64,000 bases of DNA from a candidate division FCPU426 bacterium (GCA_963719085.1 CAVRAL010000004.1:416001-480000), one strand, 5' to 3'. Shown: positions 46,980 through 57,908, counted from the stretch's first letter. Numbers and translations: made by a program. The notes: generated by a model from the letters alone, not told the origin.

Positions 46980-47496
46980 CTCGCCCGAACCCAAACAGCC
47001 CGTCTCGGCGGAGCTTTTAAGCCGCCGCGCTTTTTTGGAGAGGATCACTTTCATCCTGGGCGGCATCGGCACTTTAGTGATGTCCGTTCCCTTGATCGGC
47101 TACGTGCTGGCGCCCGTGTTCAAGTTTGACAAGCCCGTCTGGCGCTCCATCGGCAAGGTCGATGACTTCAAGGTCGGCGAGACCGTGGCGATCTCCTTTG
47201 AGAACGCCGCGCCCCTGGCCTGGGACGGCCAAACGGCCAAGACCGGCGCCTGGCTTCGCCGCAACACGGAGACCGAGTTCATCGCTTTCGCGTTGACCTG
47301 CACCCACTTGGGTTGCCCGGTGCGCTGGATGGCCTCGGCCGAACTTTTCATGTGCCCCTGCCACGGCGGGATTTATTACAAAGACGGCACCGTGGCCGCC
47401 GGCCCGCCGCCCAAGCCTCTGCCGCGTTTTCAGACCCGCGTCAATAACGGGATGGTCGAAGTCATGACCCAGCCCGTCGCCATCCAGAGGAGCTAA
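46963..47496 (+). CDS. qcrA: Rieske iron-sulfur subunit
   Basis: Tat motif SRRAFL, CTHLGC, CPCHGG. Confidence 0.93.
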   Translation: MTAKTNSPEPKQPVSAELLSRRAFLERITFILGGIGTLVMSVPLIGYVLAPVFKFDKPVWRSIGKVDDFKVGETVAISFENAAPLAWDGQTAKTGAWLRRNTETEFIAFALTCTHLGCPVRWMASAELFMCPCHGGIYYKDGTVAAGPPPKPLPRFQTRVNNGMVEVMTQPVAIQRS

Positions 47497-47503
47497 CCGA
47501 CCC

Positions 47504-48928
47504 ATGAAAGACACCTTCAAAAAAATCTGGCAGTGGGTGGATGAAAGAACGGGACTGGGCGAAATGCTCGGCCCCCAATTGACCCATCTGGTTCCCCATG
47601 ACGCCCGTTGGTGGTACGTGTTTGGAAGCGCCACGCTTTTCGCTTTCATCATCCAAATCGTCACCGGTATTTTGCTGGCCTTCACTTACGTGCCGTCCGG
47701 CGGCCAGGCCTACGACAGCCTGCTTTACATCACCCACGTGGAACCCTTGGGTTGGTACCTCCGGGCGCTGCATTTTTACGGCGCCTCGGCCATGATCTTG
47801 ATGATGATCATCCACATGGTGCAGGTCTTCTCGTTCGGTTCTTATAAATACCCGCGGGAAATGAACTGGCTCTCGGGCGTCTTGCTTTTCGCCTTCACCA
47901 TCACCCTGGGCTTCACCGGCCAGTTGATGCGCTGGGACCAGAACGCGGTTTGGTCCATCATGGTGGCCGCCGAGCAAGCCGGCCGGGTGCCTTTTATCGG
48001 CCCCTGGATCGGGCGCTTCATCGTCGGCGGCGACGTGGAGTCGGCCTCGACCTTGACCAAGTTCTACGCCCTGCACGTCTTCATTTTGCCGGGAATCATC
48101 CTGGCCTTCATTGGCCTTCACTTGCAGTTGGTCATGAAGAACGGCATCTCGGAGCCCCCGACGCCGGGCAAAAAAGTCGATCCCAAGACCTATCGCGAGG
48201 AATATCACGCGCTGATGGAAAAGACCGGCGTGCCTTTCTGGCCGGACGCGGCCTGGCGCGACGCCTTGTTCGGCGTGGCCATGGTTTTAGCCATCATGTT
48301 CTGCGCCTGGTATTTCGGGGCCCCCGCCCTGGATAACGCGCCGGACCCGAGCCTGACCAACGCCAATCCCCAGCCGGATTGGTATTTGATGTGGTACTTC
48401 GCCATTTTGGCGCTGATGCCGCCCCAAATTGAGAGCATCGTCATGGTGTTCGGGCCGCTCTTGATGGGCTTGCTTCTTTTTTCGCTTCCCTTTATTTCCA
48501 ACTCGGGCGAGCGTCATTTGCAAAAGCGCCCCTGGGCCTCGGCCTTCATCGTTTTCGCCCTGGTCTTGATCGGCGTGCTTTGGCACGCCGCGGCCAAGGA
48601 AAACTGGTCCCCGCATTTCACGGAAGCGCCTTTGCCGGTGGAAGTGGTCGGCGCCACCGACGGGCCGGTCGCCCGCGGAGCCCATACCTTTTACAGCCGG
48701 GGCTGCATCAACTGCCACGCCATCCAAGGCCATGGCGGCTTGAAAGGCCCGGATCTGACCTATATCGGCAACAAGCTGGACGCCTCCCAGATCATGCTTC
48801 GCATCGACAACGGCGGCAAAGGGATGCCGTCTTTTGCCAGCATCATCAAGTCGGACGAGTTGAGCGACCTGGTGACGTTCTTGCAGACCCGCAAGCATGT
48901 GCCGTTGCCTTATTCCAATAATCCATAA
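47504..48928 (+). CDS. qcrB: Cytochrome b (b6 + subunit IV regions) fused to a monoheme cytochrome c
   Basis: RALHFYGAS..HM, PREMNW, WDQ, FYALH..H, PDWY, CINCH..MP. Confidence 0.93.
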   Translation: MKDTFKKIWQWVDERTGLGEMLGPQLTHLVPHDARWWYVFGSATLFAFIIQIVTGILLAFTYVPSGGQAYDSLLYITHVEPLGWYLRALHFYGASAMILMMIIHMVQVFSFGSYKYPREMNWLSGVLLFAFTITLGFTGQLMRWDQNAVWSIMVAAEQAGRVPFIGPWIGRFIVGGDVESASTLTKFYALHVFILPGIILAFIGLHLQLVMKNGISEPPTPGKKVDPKTYREEYHALMEKTGVPFWPDAAWRDALFGVAMVLAIMFCAWYFGAPALDNAPDPSLTNANPQPDWYLMWYFAILALMPPQIESIVMVFGPLLMGLLLFSLPFISNSGERHLQKRPWASAFIVFALVLIGVLWHAAAKENWSPHFTEAPLPVEVVGATDGPVARGAHTFYSRGCINCHAIQGHGGLKGPDLTYIGNKLDASQIMLRIDNGGKGMPSFASIIKSDELSDLVTFLQTRKHVPLPYSNNP

Positions 48929-48937
48929 AGTCGACGC

Positions 48938-48977
48938 AAAAAGCCCCATCGGTTAAATCCGGTGGGGCTTTTTTTTT
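48938..48977 (+). terminator. Intrinsic terminator of the respiratory operon
   Basis: aaaaagccccatcgg-ttaaat-ccggtggggctttttttt. Confidence 0.9.
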
Positions 48978-48987
48978 GCATTTTCAT

Positions 48988-49027
48988 CCCCCTCGCCCCC
49001 GGAGGGAGAGGGTCGGGGTGAGGGGGG
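48988..49027. repeat. REP-like GC-rich element (ccctcgccc...gggagagggtcggggtgaggg)
   Basis: Palindromic C-run/G-run architecture of a widespread intergenic repeat type; single copy here. Confidence 0.5.
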
Positions 49028-49154
49028 TAGTTATATTCATTATAGTTATCTCTTTATTTAGCCCTACTTGTTCCCGCACGGACGTCTTAACCTATTGATA
49101 GTCCTTTACGCCCAAGGCAAACTGGACTGGATTTCTAAAACTTGAGGTTTCCCG

Positions 49155-50306
49155 TTGATTAAAAAATTCCTGATTCTCCCACTGTTCTTGCTCTTAAGCG
49201 GCTGCGCCACGATGGCGGTAAATTTCACCCAAGCCACCTCGCCCAACTTTTGGGCCGTTGAAAACAGTTGTCAAACCCAGCTCGCCCAAATTCAAGCTTC
49301 CGTCCAAGCCAACGAGATTCCCTTTACCTTGGGCGACGGGCTCAAAACCAACGACGAGATCATCCGCAGGCTGAACCACCAGTACCGGGATAACTCGGCC
49401 GGTGCCGCCGACCTTTCCACCTCGCAGGCCGCTTTTTTGGAAAAACTTCTGAAGGACAACGACAGCTTTTTGGCCGACGCCTCGCAAAATCCCGACGATT
49501 GGTCCCAAGCCTTTTCAGGCCAGGACGACTATGTCCAATACCACCGCGCGCCGAACCAGGATTTCAGCGACCCGGTTCAACGGGGAATGTTCATTGTTTA
49601 TTTAAATATGCGCCTCAAGGAAGACGGGGACAAGGCCCTGGCCTTGGCGCAGTCAGGCCAATTGAGCGTCGATCAAGCCCAACAATTGCAGTCGAACCTG
49701 AACGATGTCCAGGGCAAGGCGGTTGAGGACTATTACGCGAACAACGCCTTGGATTTAACCGGCGATCAAATTTTTCAACTCCAGCGCATGCTGGCCGACA
49801 GCTATCAGGCGCTTAATACCGCCCCCACCCAGACTTATTACGGTGGCGGCTCTTTTTACAGCGCCCCGGCCAACAGCTGGGCCAACAACCCCGCGCCCGT
49901 GGCCAGCGGAAACAATTATTATCAATCCCCCGCCTCTTCCAGTTATTACCAGCCGCCCGCCCAAACCCAAAATAATCCCGCGCCTTCTGTGCCGACCGCC
50001 ACGCCCACCGCTTCCACCAATGGCGGCCGTGGATCCCCTGAGATCAATAACCGCCTGAATGTAAATCGCCCCGGCAATCCGCCTCCGCCGAATAATCCGA
50101 CCGCCACCGCGACCCCTGTTCCTGCGGTTCCCACCAATACGCCAGTGCCCGCGCCCGTCCCCGCGACGCCGACACCCACTCCCGGTTTCAACAATCGTTT
50201 AAATAGACATTTTCATTCTCGCGCGGAGAACCCATCCGCTCCCGCGACCCCCACTCCCGTTCCACCCGTAGCGCCGATTAACTCAACTCCCACTCCCGGC
50301 AGTTGA
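49155..50306 (+). CDS. Hypothetical lipoprotein with Pro/Thr/Asn-rich tail
   Basis: Lipobox LSGC, helical domain, low-complexity C-terminus. Confidence 0.7.
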   Translation: MIKKFLILPLFLLLSGCATMAVNFTQATSPNFWAVENSCQTQLAQIQASVQANEIPFTLGDGLKTNDEIIRRLNHQYRDNSAGAADLSTSQAAFLEKLLKDNDSFLADASQNPDDWSQAFSGQDDYVQYHRAPNQDFSDPVQRGMFIVYLNMRLKEDGDKALALAQSGQLSVDQAQQLQSNLNDVQGKAVEDYYANNALDLTGDQIFQLQRMLADSYQALNTAPTQTYYGGGSFYSAPANSWANNPAPVASGNNYYQSPASSSYYQPPAQTQNNPAPSVPTATPTASTNGGRGSPEINNRLNVNRPGNPPPPNNPTATATPVPAVPTNTPVPAPVPATPTPTPGFNNRLNRHFHSRAENPSAPATPTPVPPVAPINSTPTPGS

Positions 50307-50368
50307 AGCCGCCCAATCCTATTCTTAGAAACTCTTTTTTCTTCTGGATTAATAGGGATATCGAAAAC

Positions 50369-50396
50369 TTGACTTTTAAAACTTGTGGTTTAGACT
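50369..50396 (+). promoter_or_regulatory. sigma70 promoter for tRNA-Asn
   Basis: TTGACT-N16-TAGACT. Confidence 0.7.
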
Positions 50397-50499
50397 GACT
50401 CTCCCTCAAAAGCCTAAGGTTTTTGGGGGTTTTTGTTGGTTTAACCGCCAACTCTTAACTTAAAACTTCTAGTTCCGGCCCGATGTTCGGCCGGCATCT

Positions 50500-50574
50500 T
50501 CCCCGGTAGCTCAATGGTGGAGCATGCGACTGTTAATCGCAGGGTTGTTGGTTCGAGTCCAACCCGGGGAGCCA
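50500..50574 (+). tRNA. tRNA-Asn(GTT)
   Basis: tccccggtagctcaatggtggagcatgcgactGTTaatcgcagggttgttggttcgagtccaacccggggagcca. Confidence 0.97.
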
Positions 50575-50579
50575 TAAAC

Positions 50580-50616
50580 GAACCAGACCCCTCGAAAGAG
50601 GGGCCTGGTTTTTTTC
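50580..50616 (+). terminator. Intrinsic terminator after tRNA-Asn
   Basis: accagacccctc-gaaa-gaggggcctggt followed by a T-run. Confidence 0.85.
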
Positions 50617-51151
50617 TACGCCGTCGAATGGTTTTCCAGCGGAAAACAGCCACAGGTAACAAAAAAATAACTGTCCCCAGCAAGGACAAGAGCCCCCGCC
50701 CCTCCGATTTTGGGAGAACGGGGGCTTTTTTATTTCTGATGGTCAGTGATGGCAATCGAGGGCAAAAAACGGGTTTGAATGGCACTCAATGACACGGGAA
50801 TGACACAGCCCAAAACCCTTATTTTTGAAGTGCATGCGACTCAAAACTATTGGCCTTCAGGTCGTGTCGGTTCTAGTTCGACTTGGCCCAATTTCAATCA
50901 GTTTGATAAACGCGTTCATATGGCCCATCTTCCTGACTTTTCCCGGTGTTCTTTTAGACATCCTGATCATAAGGCGGGATTAGAAGGCCGGGGCAACCAG
51001 CCACCAGGGTGCTATTTGCGGAAAGATAAGCGAAGATATTTGTGCGGAAAAAATCCTGATCGCACCTTCCTGCTTGAAGATTGGAATCGTATTAGGCTTG
51101 GACCTGATAGGCCATGTGTAACTGGGATTGTGTGAGGAAGGGGCATTCATT

Positions 51152-53782
51152 ATGCAAGCAACTCCTGGTAAATCCGAAAACGTATCGCCGCTTCCGAAGC
51201 CGGCAAACGCCAAGGTGCCCGACATTACTTCTGAGTCAATACCGGACACTTTGGCGGGACTTCGTGTAAATTCTGAAACCGGACTGACCAGTGCGGAAGT
51301 CGAAACGCGGCGGAAAGAAAATGGTTTTAATGAAGTAGCCGTTAAAAAGGAACATCCGGCCCTCAAGTTTCTTGGGAAGTTTTGGGGATTGTCTGCTTGG
51401 ATGCTCGAATCGATCATGATGTTGTCGGCAATACTGGGGAAAATTCCTGATCTGGTCGTGGTGGGAGTGCTCCTAGTCGTCAACGCGGTGGTGAGTTTTA
51501 CCCAGGAACACCGGGCCGCTGGTGTCGTAGAGACCCTTAGGAAGCGACTTCAAGTCAGCGCCCGAGTATTACGCGAGTCGTCTTGGCGGCTAATTCCCGC
51601 CAGGGAGTTGGTTCCCGGGGATATCATTCGTGTTCGCCCCGGGGACATTATTCCCGCCGATGCCAAGCTTTTGAACGGGGCTTTGAGCATTGATGAATCG
51701 GCCCTGACGGGCGAGTCCAAAGACGCCGACAAAGCCCCCGGCGGAGTACTTTCTTCGGGATCCATCGTCCGGCGCGGTGAAGGCGGTTGCGTAGTGATGC
51801 TAACCGGGGCCAAGACCTTTTTTGGCCGAACCACCGAGCTGGTCCGGGAAGCCCATCCGAAACTTCACCTAGAAGCAGTGGTTGCGAAGGTGGTCCGTTG
51901 GCTCCTTTTGATCGTGGGGGCTTTGCTTATTGTGGTCATCTTGTTGTCCCTTATTCGTGGCATACCTCTCCTCCAGACGCTCCCGCTTTTACTCATACTA
52001 TTGATGACTGCGGTGCCGGTCGCCCTACCCGTCATGTTCGCGGTCAGTATGGCCGTCGGATCCAAGGAACTAGCGAAGGTCGGCGTCTTGGTGACACGCC
52101 TTAACGCGGCTGAGGACGCGGCCACAATGGATGTCCTTTGCGTGGATAAAACGGGGACGATCACCCTTAACCAACTGGCGGTTACCGGCGTGATCCCTCA
52201 GGAACAGGTGTCGGAAGCCGAAGTATTGTCCGCCGGGGCGCTTGCTTCCCAAGAGGCAAATCAGGACCCCATTGACCTGGCATTCCTTGCCGCGTCGAAA
52301 GAACGGCGGCTTTTCGAAGGCAAGGCGGCCTTCGTTCCGGTTTCTTTTGTGCCCTTTGACGCTAAAAACCGGCGGACGGAGGCCGTGGTCGAACAAAACG
52401 GCCAACGGACGCGCGTAATGAAAGGAGCCGTGGAAACAGTCGCCCAAGCTTGCGGTTTCCAGCTCCCCGCCATCCAGGCTTTGGAGGCCAGGACGGGCGA
52501 AGCGGCAGCAAAAGGATTTAGGACCTTGGCGGTTGCGCGGGGTCCTGAAGCAGGTCCTTTGGTATTGCTCGGATTGGTGACTCTTTATGACCCGCCTAGG
52601 CCTGACGCGAAGCAACTGATCTCTGAACTCAAGGACTTAGGTGTACCGGTCAAGATGCTCACCGGGGACGCATTGGCGGTTGCGAGAGAGACCGGCCAAG
52701 GGGTCGGGTTACCCAATATCCGGCCCGTCTCGGATTTGAAAAAGAACTCTTCCCCTACAGACCAGCGGATGGACTTATTGGCCGGGGCGGATGGATTCGC
52801 CGAGGTGTACCCGGAGGATAAATATACGGTCGTAAAGCATTTGCAGACGGCGGGCCATGTGACCGGGATGACCGGGGACGGTGTCAATGACGCGCCCGCC
52901 TTGCGCCAAGCCGAAGTGGGCATTGCCGTCAGCACCGCCACCGATGTGGCGAAGGGGGCCGCCAGCGTTGTCCTCACCGAACCGGGATTGACCAACATCG
53001 TGGCGTTAATCAAGCAGGGCCGGGCTATTTACCAGCGAATCCTGACTTGGATTATCAACAAGATAAGCAGGGGTATTTTGAAAGCCGCTTTCGTCGCCAT
53101 TGCCTTCGTGTTAACCGGAAAATTCGTCATTTCGGCTTTGGCCATGCTGTTACTCGTTTTCGTTTTGGACTTCGCGACGATCGCCTTGGCCACCGACCGT
53201 GTCCGTCCCTCCGGAAAGCCGGAAACCTGGGCCATCGGGGGTTTCATCACCGTTTCCATCGTGATCGGGCTTGCGATGGTTGCGGAAACACTTCTATTCC
53301 TGTGGATGGGTTGGTCGCGGCTGGGTTTGTCGGCGGATAGCTATGCTCTTTGCACCTTTAGCTTTTTGATCCTGCTTTATTTCAGCGTTTTTTCAAGCGT
53401 TTCCCTGCGGGAACGGCGCTGGTTCTGGGCAACCTCGCCCAGTAAATTCTTTATTGCGGCTCTCATGGCGGGAGCGCTAGGCGGAACTCTCCTGACCTTT
53501 GTGGGACTTCCGGGGCTTCCGGCATTACCTGGTTGGCAGACAATCGTGATATTGGTTTATGCCCTCGTTTCGTGCTTAATCGTGAACGATGCCTTAAAGG
53601 TCGGAATTATCAAATGGAGTATTCTAAATAATCCGTTCAAGAAACCTGCTGAAATAACCCTGACAGTTCCCCAGCGCGCTTATGAACTTTACGAACAAGG
53701 CGGCCGCAAGGACGGCCATGCGGCCCAAGATTGGGAACAGGCTGAACAGGAAATTTCGGAAAAGCAAAAACTTCACAAATGA
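51152..53782 (+). CDS. P-type (IIIA) plasma-membrane H+-ATPase with C-terminal DUF2934-like motif
   Basis: [33 protein letters not shown]6 Asp (VLDF); tail RAYELYE..GR.DGH..QDW..AE. Confidence 0.92.
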   Translation: MQATPGKSENVSPLPKPANAKVPDITSESIPDTLAGLRVNSETGLTSAEVETRRKENGFNEVAVKKEHPALKFLGKFWGLSAWMLESIMMLSAILGKIPDLVVVGVLLVVNAVVSFTQEHRAAGVVETLRKRLQVSARVLRESSWRLIPARELVPGDIIRVRPGDIIPADAKLLNGALSIDESALTGESKDADKAPGGVLSSGSIVRRGEGGCVVMLTGAKTFFGRTTELVREAHPKLHLEAVVAKVVRWLLLIVGALLIVVILLSLIRGIPLLQTLPLLLILLMTAVPVALPVMFAVSMAVGSKELAKVGVLVTRLNAAEDAATMDVLCVDKTGTITLNQLAVTGVIPQEQVSEAEVLSAGALASQEANQDPIDLAFLAASKERRLFEGKAAFVPVSFVPFDAKNRRTEAVVEQNGQRTRVMKGAVETVAQACGFQLPAIQALEARTGEAAAKGFRTLAVARGPEAGPLVLLGLVTLYDPPRPDAKQLISELKDLGVPVKMLTGDALAVARETGQGVGLPNIRPVSDLKKNSSPTDQRMDLLAGADGFAEVYPEDKYTVVKHLQTAGHVTGMTGDGVNDAPALRQAEVGIAVSTATDVAKGAASVVLTEPGLTNIVALIKQGRAIYQRILTWIINKISRGILKAAFVAIAFVLTGKFVISALAMLLLVFVLDFATIALATDRVRPSGKPETWAIGGFITVSIVIGLAMVAETLLFLWMGWSRLGLSADSYALCTFSFLILLYFSVFSSVSLRERRWFWATSPSKFFIAALMAGALGGTLLTFVGLPGLPALPGWQTIVILVYALVSCLIVNDALKVGIIKWSILNNPFKKPAEITLTVPQRAYELYEQGGRKDGHAAQDWEQAEQEISEKQKLHK

Positions 53783-53799
53783 TGATTGGAGGAGAATTC

Positions 53800-54714
53800 A
53801 TGAAAATTGATCCTAAGGATTATCGGGTTAAGGCGGGGCGGGCCATCGAACTCAAAAAGTGGCCTACTCGAATCAAGCCCCTTTACAGTTCGCGGGAGGA
53901 TTATCAAAAAGCCTTGGCCAAACATGTGGAAGAGCTAAGCTCATTACAAAGCCTGCTTTATGCGGACAATCAATATTCAGTGCTTTTAATCTTCCAGGCC
54001 ATGGATGCCGCCGGTAAAGACGGGGCCATCAAACATGTCATGTCCGGGGTCAACCCACAGGGATGCCAGGTTTTCAGCTTCAAGCATCCCAGCGACGAGG
54101 AACTCCAGCATGACTTCCTTTGGCGTACCACCCGTGACCTGCCGGAACGGGGAAAGATCGGAATTTTCAATCGCTCTTACTATGAAGAGGTGCTCATCGC
54201 CAGAGTTCATCCTGAAATTCTTAAAGCGGAACAAATACCGGACAATCTTCTGAATGAGGGATCCGTGTGGGAAGGACGTTATCGTTCCATTGTGGAATTG
54301 GAAAATCATCTTCACCGCAACGGCACCCGGATCATCAAGTTTTTCCTGCACCTTTCCAAGGAGGAACAACGAAAAAGGTTTCTGGACCGGCTGGAAAAGC
54401 CGGAAAAGAATTGGAAGTTCAGCCTGAATGACATTAAAGAACGGGAATATTGGAAGGAATACCGGAAGTCTTACGAGGCCTGCCTGAGCGCCACGAGCAC
54501 CCCAACGGCCCCGTGGTTTGTGGTTCCGGCGGACGATAAGAAGGATGCCAGGCTGATCATTTCACAGGTCATCCTTGATAACCTAAAGGAACTGAAGATG
54601 AGCTATCCAAAACCGAACAAGGGACGTCGGAAAGAACTTAAGATTTCCCGGAACCTTTTAATCGAGCAAGGTAAGAAAATAAATCAGGAAAAAGAGGGTT
54701 CAGTCGAAGGTTAA
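53800..54714 (+). CDS. ppk2: Polyphosphate kinase 2 family (polyP:nucleotide phosphotransferase)
   Basis: [32 protein letters not shown]. Confidence 0.95.
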   Translation: MKIDPKDYRVKAGRAIELKKWPTRIKPLYSSREDYQKALAKHVEELSSLQSLLYADNQYSVLLIFQAMDAAGKDGAIKHVMSGVNPQGCQVFSFKHPSDEELQHDFLWRTTRDLPERGKIGIFNRSYYEEVLIARVHPEILKAEQIPDNLLNEGSVWEGRYRSIVELENHLHRNGTRIIKFFLHLSKEEQRKRFLDRLEKPEKNWKFSLNDIKEREYWKEYRKSYEACLSATSTPTAPWFVVPADDKKDARLIISQVILDNLKELKMSYPKPNKGRRKELKISRNLLIEQGKKINQEKEGSVEG

Positions 54715-54889
54715 AATTCATAATGCGAAACCTACAAAATCCAATAATTATAACTAATGTTTCAATATACCCGGATGTTCAAAAGCCATACTCAGGGATA
54801 AAGGGGTCAACTTAAAGGCTTTTTCCAGGCTATTTCAAAATCAGGAGGGGGGTCTTGACGCTAATCGGGGGAAGGAGTTAAATATTTTT

Positions 54890-55249
54890 ATGTCCAATTT
54901 GCTTTCACATTTCCGCCGTGTTTCTCTCGCCGGACTGATTACACTCAGTTTGATCCCATTTGCCTGCCAGGCATTGTTAACTATCGTGCTTCATGGGTCC
55001 TGTGTTTCCCAGACCTCCATTTCGAGTGATTCCAGTGGTCACAGGAATGGCGCAAGGACGCTCTTGCGCCAGATTAACTCGCAGGCTCAAGAAGATTCTT
55101 TTAAGGACTTCAAGAAGGTGTTAAACATAATGGCTGTGGCGAACGCCATAGCCATTTTAATTTTATGCAGCGCAAGTTTTTACAGGTTTGTTGTTCTTCC
55201 TAGCTTAAATACCCCTTCGTCGAACCGCCTACTCCCCTTAAGAATTTAA
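54890..55249 (+). CDS. Hypothetical small protein (doubtful)
   Basis: ORF with two hydrophobic segments downstream of a TTGACG element. Confidence 0.35.
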   Translation: MSNLLSHFRRVSLAGLITLSLIPFACQALLTIVLHGSCVSQTSISSDSSGHRNGARTLLRQINSQAQEDSFKDFKKVLNIMAVANAIAILILCSASFYRFVVLPSLNTPSSNRLLPLRI

Positions 55250-55381
55250 AGTCCAATTTAAATTTTTTTGATTACCCCAGAAAAGGGTAATTATTCCTTT
55301 ATGCATTTATTGCATATCGGTTTTCCGCGTTTCAATTCAACTTACCCACAAACCTATTGTTTTCAAGAAAAGGAACTAAAC

Positions 55382-55660
55382 ATGGAATGGAAATTGACTA
55401 TACCCAACCCGACCGGCCTCCGTTTTGAAATCTTGTCGAATTTATGGAAAATCGCCACCCAGTTCAAAGGCCATATTCAAATTCGAAAAGGGCGGGTTTG
55501 GGCCGATGCCAAAAGTTACATCCAGGTGGTTGCCCTAATCAACGCCACGGGAAAAAAGATGGAAGTAAAGGTCCAAGGCGAAAACGCGAGAGAAATTCTG
55601 GAAACGATTCGAGGCTTACTGCTGGAAAAACATCCTGTCGAAATTATGAACAAGCCATGA
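55382..55660 (+). CDS. HPr-like protein lacking the His15 equivalent
   Basis: TIPNPTGLRF, A.QF...I, ADAKS, V.V.G.NA; AAGGA RBS. Confidence 0.75.
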   Translation: MEWKLTIPNPTGLRFEILSNLWKIATQFKGHIQIRKGRVWADAKSYIQVVALINATGKKMEVKVQGENAREILETIRGLLLEKHPVEIMNKP

Positions 55661-55720
55661 GGCCATTCGATTTCCGGGGGCGGAATTAGTCGCCCCTGAT
55701 TTCTTTCAAAAGGATGTTTG

Positions 55721-55906
55721 ATGGATTGCCGGGAAATTCACTCACTTTACAAAGATTTTGTTCAAGGAAAATTATCCTCCGCTCAAACCGAGTTTATTAA
55801 AGAGCACATCTGGGACTGTCCGGATTGTGTTTTATTGAACGCGGAAGAACGAAAAATTTATTTGGAAGAGCATCGCAATCAACTAAAGGACGAAAACTTG
55901 AATTAG
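55721..55906 (+). CDS. zf-HC2 (anti-sigma-type zinc finger) mini-protein
   Basis: MDC..I....D...G.LS.......EHIWDCPDC. Confidence 0.75.
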   Translation: MDCREIHSLYKDFVQGKLSSAQTEFIKEHIWDCPDCVLLNAEERKIYLEEHRNQLKDENLN

Positions 55907-56101
55907 TGACGTTCAGAAAAGATTTCGAGGAATCGTCCGTAGTGATTTTTTTCCATACGTTGAAGTGATGATTTTTTTCGGATTTTTACTTAAACCGGAT
56001 TTTGATTCGGGGTTTTGGTGTCAATCACTCACTTATCGCCGTCTTGAAACGCTGAAAGGTTTCGGTCGATAAGTCTTCGTTGTTCTGTCGGGAGGAATTA
56101 C

Positions 56102-57361
56102 ATGAAGCGGACAAACATTTTTTTGTTTTTTGTTTTTTTGTTCACAACCAGCGCTCTTTTCGCCCAATTTCGCGGCGGGGGAGCACATGCCGGTGGAAGC
56201 GGGGGCGGGTATGGCGGGGGAAGCGGATGGAGCAGCGGCAGCAACCGGGGGGATGGCGAAGCGGGCGGCGGTCATGAAAATTATGGAAACGCTTCCAATT
56301 CGATAAATCGCGGCGTTTCGGGGGGCTATTCGAACCAAAGCAATGGCCGTTTGGGCGGGGTTTACCATCCTGGAACATCTCAAAGTTTTTCTCGAAATCG
56401 GACCCGTTTTTATCAGTCGAATCATCGAGATAGTTGGAGTTATTCCAGGGCTTATTCAGGATCAAACTTTAATGGAACCCACCAATACCAAGCCGCAAGG
56501 AATTATCCCCCCGCTTATTCGTACACCAACAGAAATGGAATTGGTTTTCAAAATTCAAGGAACATTGGCGCTACCAAGCTGGGACGTTCTACCGCCAATG
56601 GGAACCAACTCTTGTCGGCTGGCAACCTCCGGCACACTTCGGTGTTGCTACCGACTCGGGGTTTCGGTGGCGGCGTCCTATCCGCCTCGGTTATCCCATC
56701 CCGAAATATGAGCGGGAAAGCGGTCCGAAATCAAATGTCGGCCATTGCCCATAACTCAAATTTCAGCAGAAACATTAACGCCCACAACGGCTCTGAAAAT
56801 AGGTCGGGACATTATTATTGGCATAACTGGAATGGAGGCCAATATTGTCACTACCGTGATCAGTGGGGATGCAATTGGTATGGATGGTATGCGGGGAATG
56901 ACTGTTTTTGGACCCAATATTATCTGGACAATTGGTGGTGGTATGACCCCTCTTATTCCCGTTGGTGTTATTGGGATGACGGTTGGTGTTGGCAAGATCC
57001 GGCTTCAAATGTTTACGTCTATAACGACGGGAGTTATCTTCCGACGGAAACATCCGTAAATGACGGTTCGGACAGCGATGGCGGGCCCAGCGAAACGACA
57101 AGCGGCGGGGACGCGACTCCGACTTCTTTTCAAAGCCTGGATAATTCACGCACGATCAATTTGGAAGGACCGGACAACGACGCCATTTTGTACAAATCGG
57201 ATGAAAACGATTCATCAAGCCGTCCCATTTTTCTCGCTTCCCATGTCACGGAAGCCAAGTTTTCAAACCCCGATCAGGGCCCGCTCCGCATCCTGCTCTT
57301 TATGGATGATGGAAATTTCGAGTTGTTCAACGCGGATGGAGCGCGACTGGATCGCGACTAG
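56102..57361 (+). CDS. Exported Gly/Asn-rich protein with Trp/Tyr-rich segment
   Basis: GGAGG RBS, signal peptide, Gly-rich N-terminus, HYYWHNW..WYGWY..WWWYD. Confidence 0.65.
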   Translation: MKRTNIFLFFVFLFTTSALFAQFRGGGAHAGGSGGGYGGGSGWSSGSNRGDGEAGGGHENYGNASNSINRGVSGGYSNQSNGRLGGVYHPGTSQSFSRNRTRFYQSNHRDSWSYSRAYSGSNFNGTHQYQAARNYPPAYSYTNRNGIGFQNSRNIGATKLGRSTANGNQLLSAGNLRHTSVLLPTRGFGGGVLSASVIPSRNMSGKAVRNQMSAIAHNSNFSRNINAHNGSENRSGHYYWHNWNGGQYCHYRDQWGCNWYGWYAGNDCFWTQYYLDNWWWYDPSYSRWCYWDDGWCWQDPASNVYVYNDGSYLPTETSVNDGSDSDGGPSETTSGGDATPTSFQSLDNSRTINLEGPDNDAILYKSDENDSSSRPIFLASHVTEAKFSNPDQGPLRILLFMDDGNFELFNADGARLDRD

Positions 57362-57431
57362 GTTCAAAAGATTGTCATGACACAAAAGTTTAATTTCATT
57401 GGCGGGAATTAATTCAACTTCGGAGGGCAAA

Positions 57432-57803
57432 ATGCGAATGGGCATTGTTGGATTGGGAAAATTGGGCATATATATCACGCGAAACCTCATGGGGTGCGGT
57501 CATGAATGTGTGGTGTTTGACTATCAAGTCAAGTTGGTTAGGTCGCTGGTAAAAGAGGGGGCCATACCAGCGCCTTATTTTGACGACTTACTAAAGAAGA
57601 TTCCGAATCCCAGGATTATTTGGCTGACATTGCCATCGGAAAATCACATTGAAAGGATCTTGAGTATCTTGGCTTTGATTTTAGATCCCGGGGACCTGGT
57701 GATTTATGTTCGCGAATCTCGTTTAGGTAATGCTCCTCAAGGATTGAATAATTCGGAAACTAGCGGTTGGAATTTAATGGGTGGTCTTAAAAGAAGTCGT
57801 TGA
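57432..57803 (+). pseudogene. gnd: Truncated 6-phosphogluconate dehydrogenase (NAD-binding N-terminal part only)
   Basis: MRMGIVGLGKLG..RNLM..GHECVVFD, PRIIWLTLP, L.PGDLVI, then divergence and stop at about 123 aa. Confidence 0.7.
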
Positions 57804-57908
57804 ACGAAACGCTTTTCGAAAATATTTTAAAAACATGATCGCAAAATTTCCAAGTTCTTCTAAAAAATAAACCAGTATCACTTGGAAATTTACGGAAGGA
57901 TTTAAATT

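Noticed and set aside
42605..48949. Long antisense and alternate-frame ORFs over the respiratory operon (likewise over metH and the GH64 linker)
   Set aside because: Shadow ORFs expected from GC-rich codon bias; no motifs or RBS.
50779..51135. 118-aa ORF at the island edge
   Set aside because: No motif, no clear RBS, and it overlaps the repeat-containing junction; probably non-coding.
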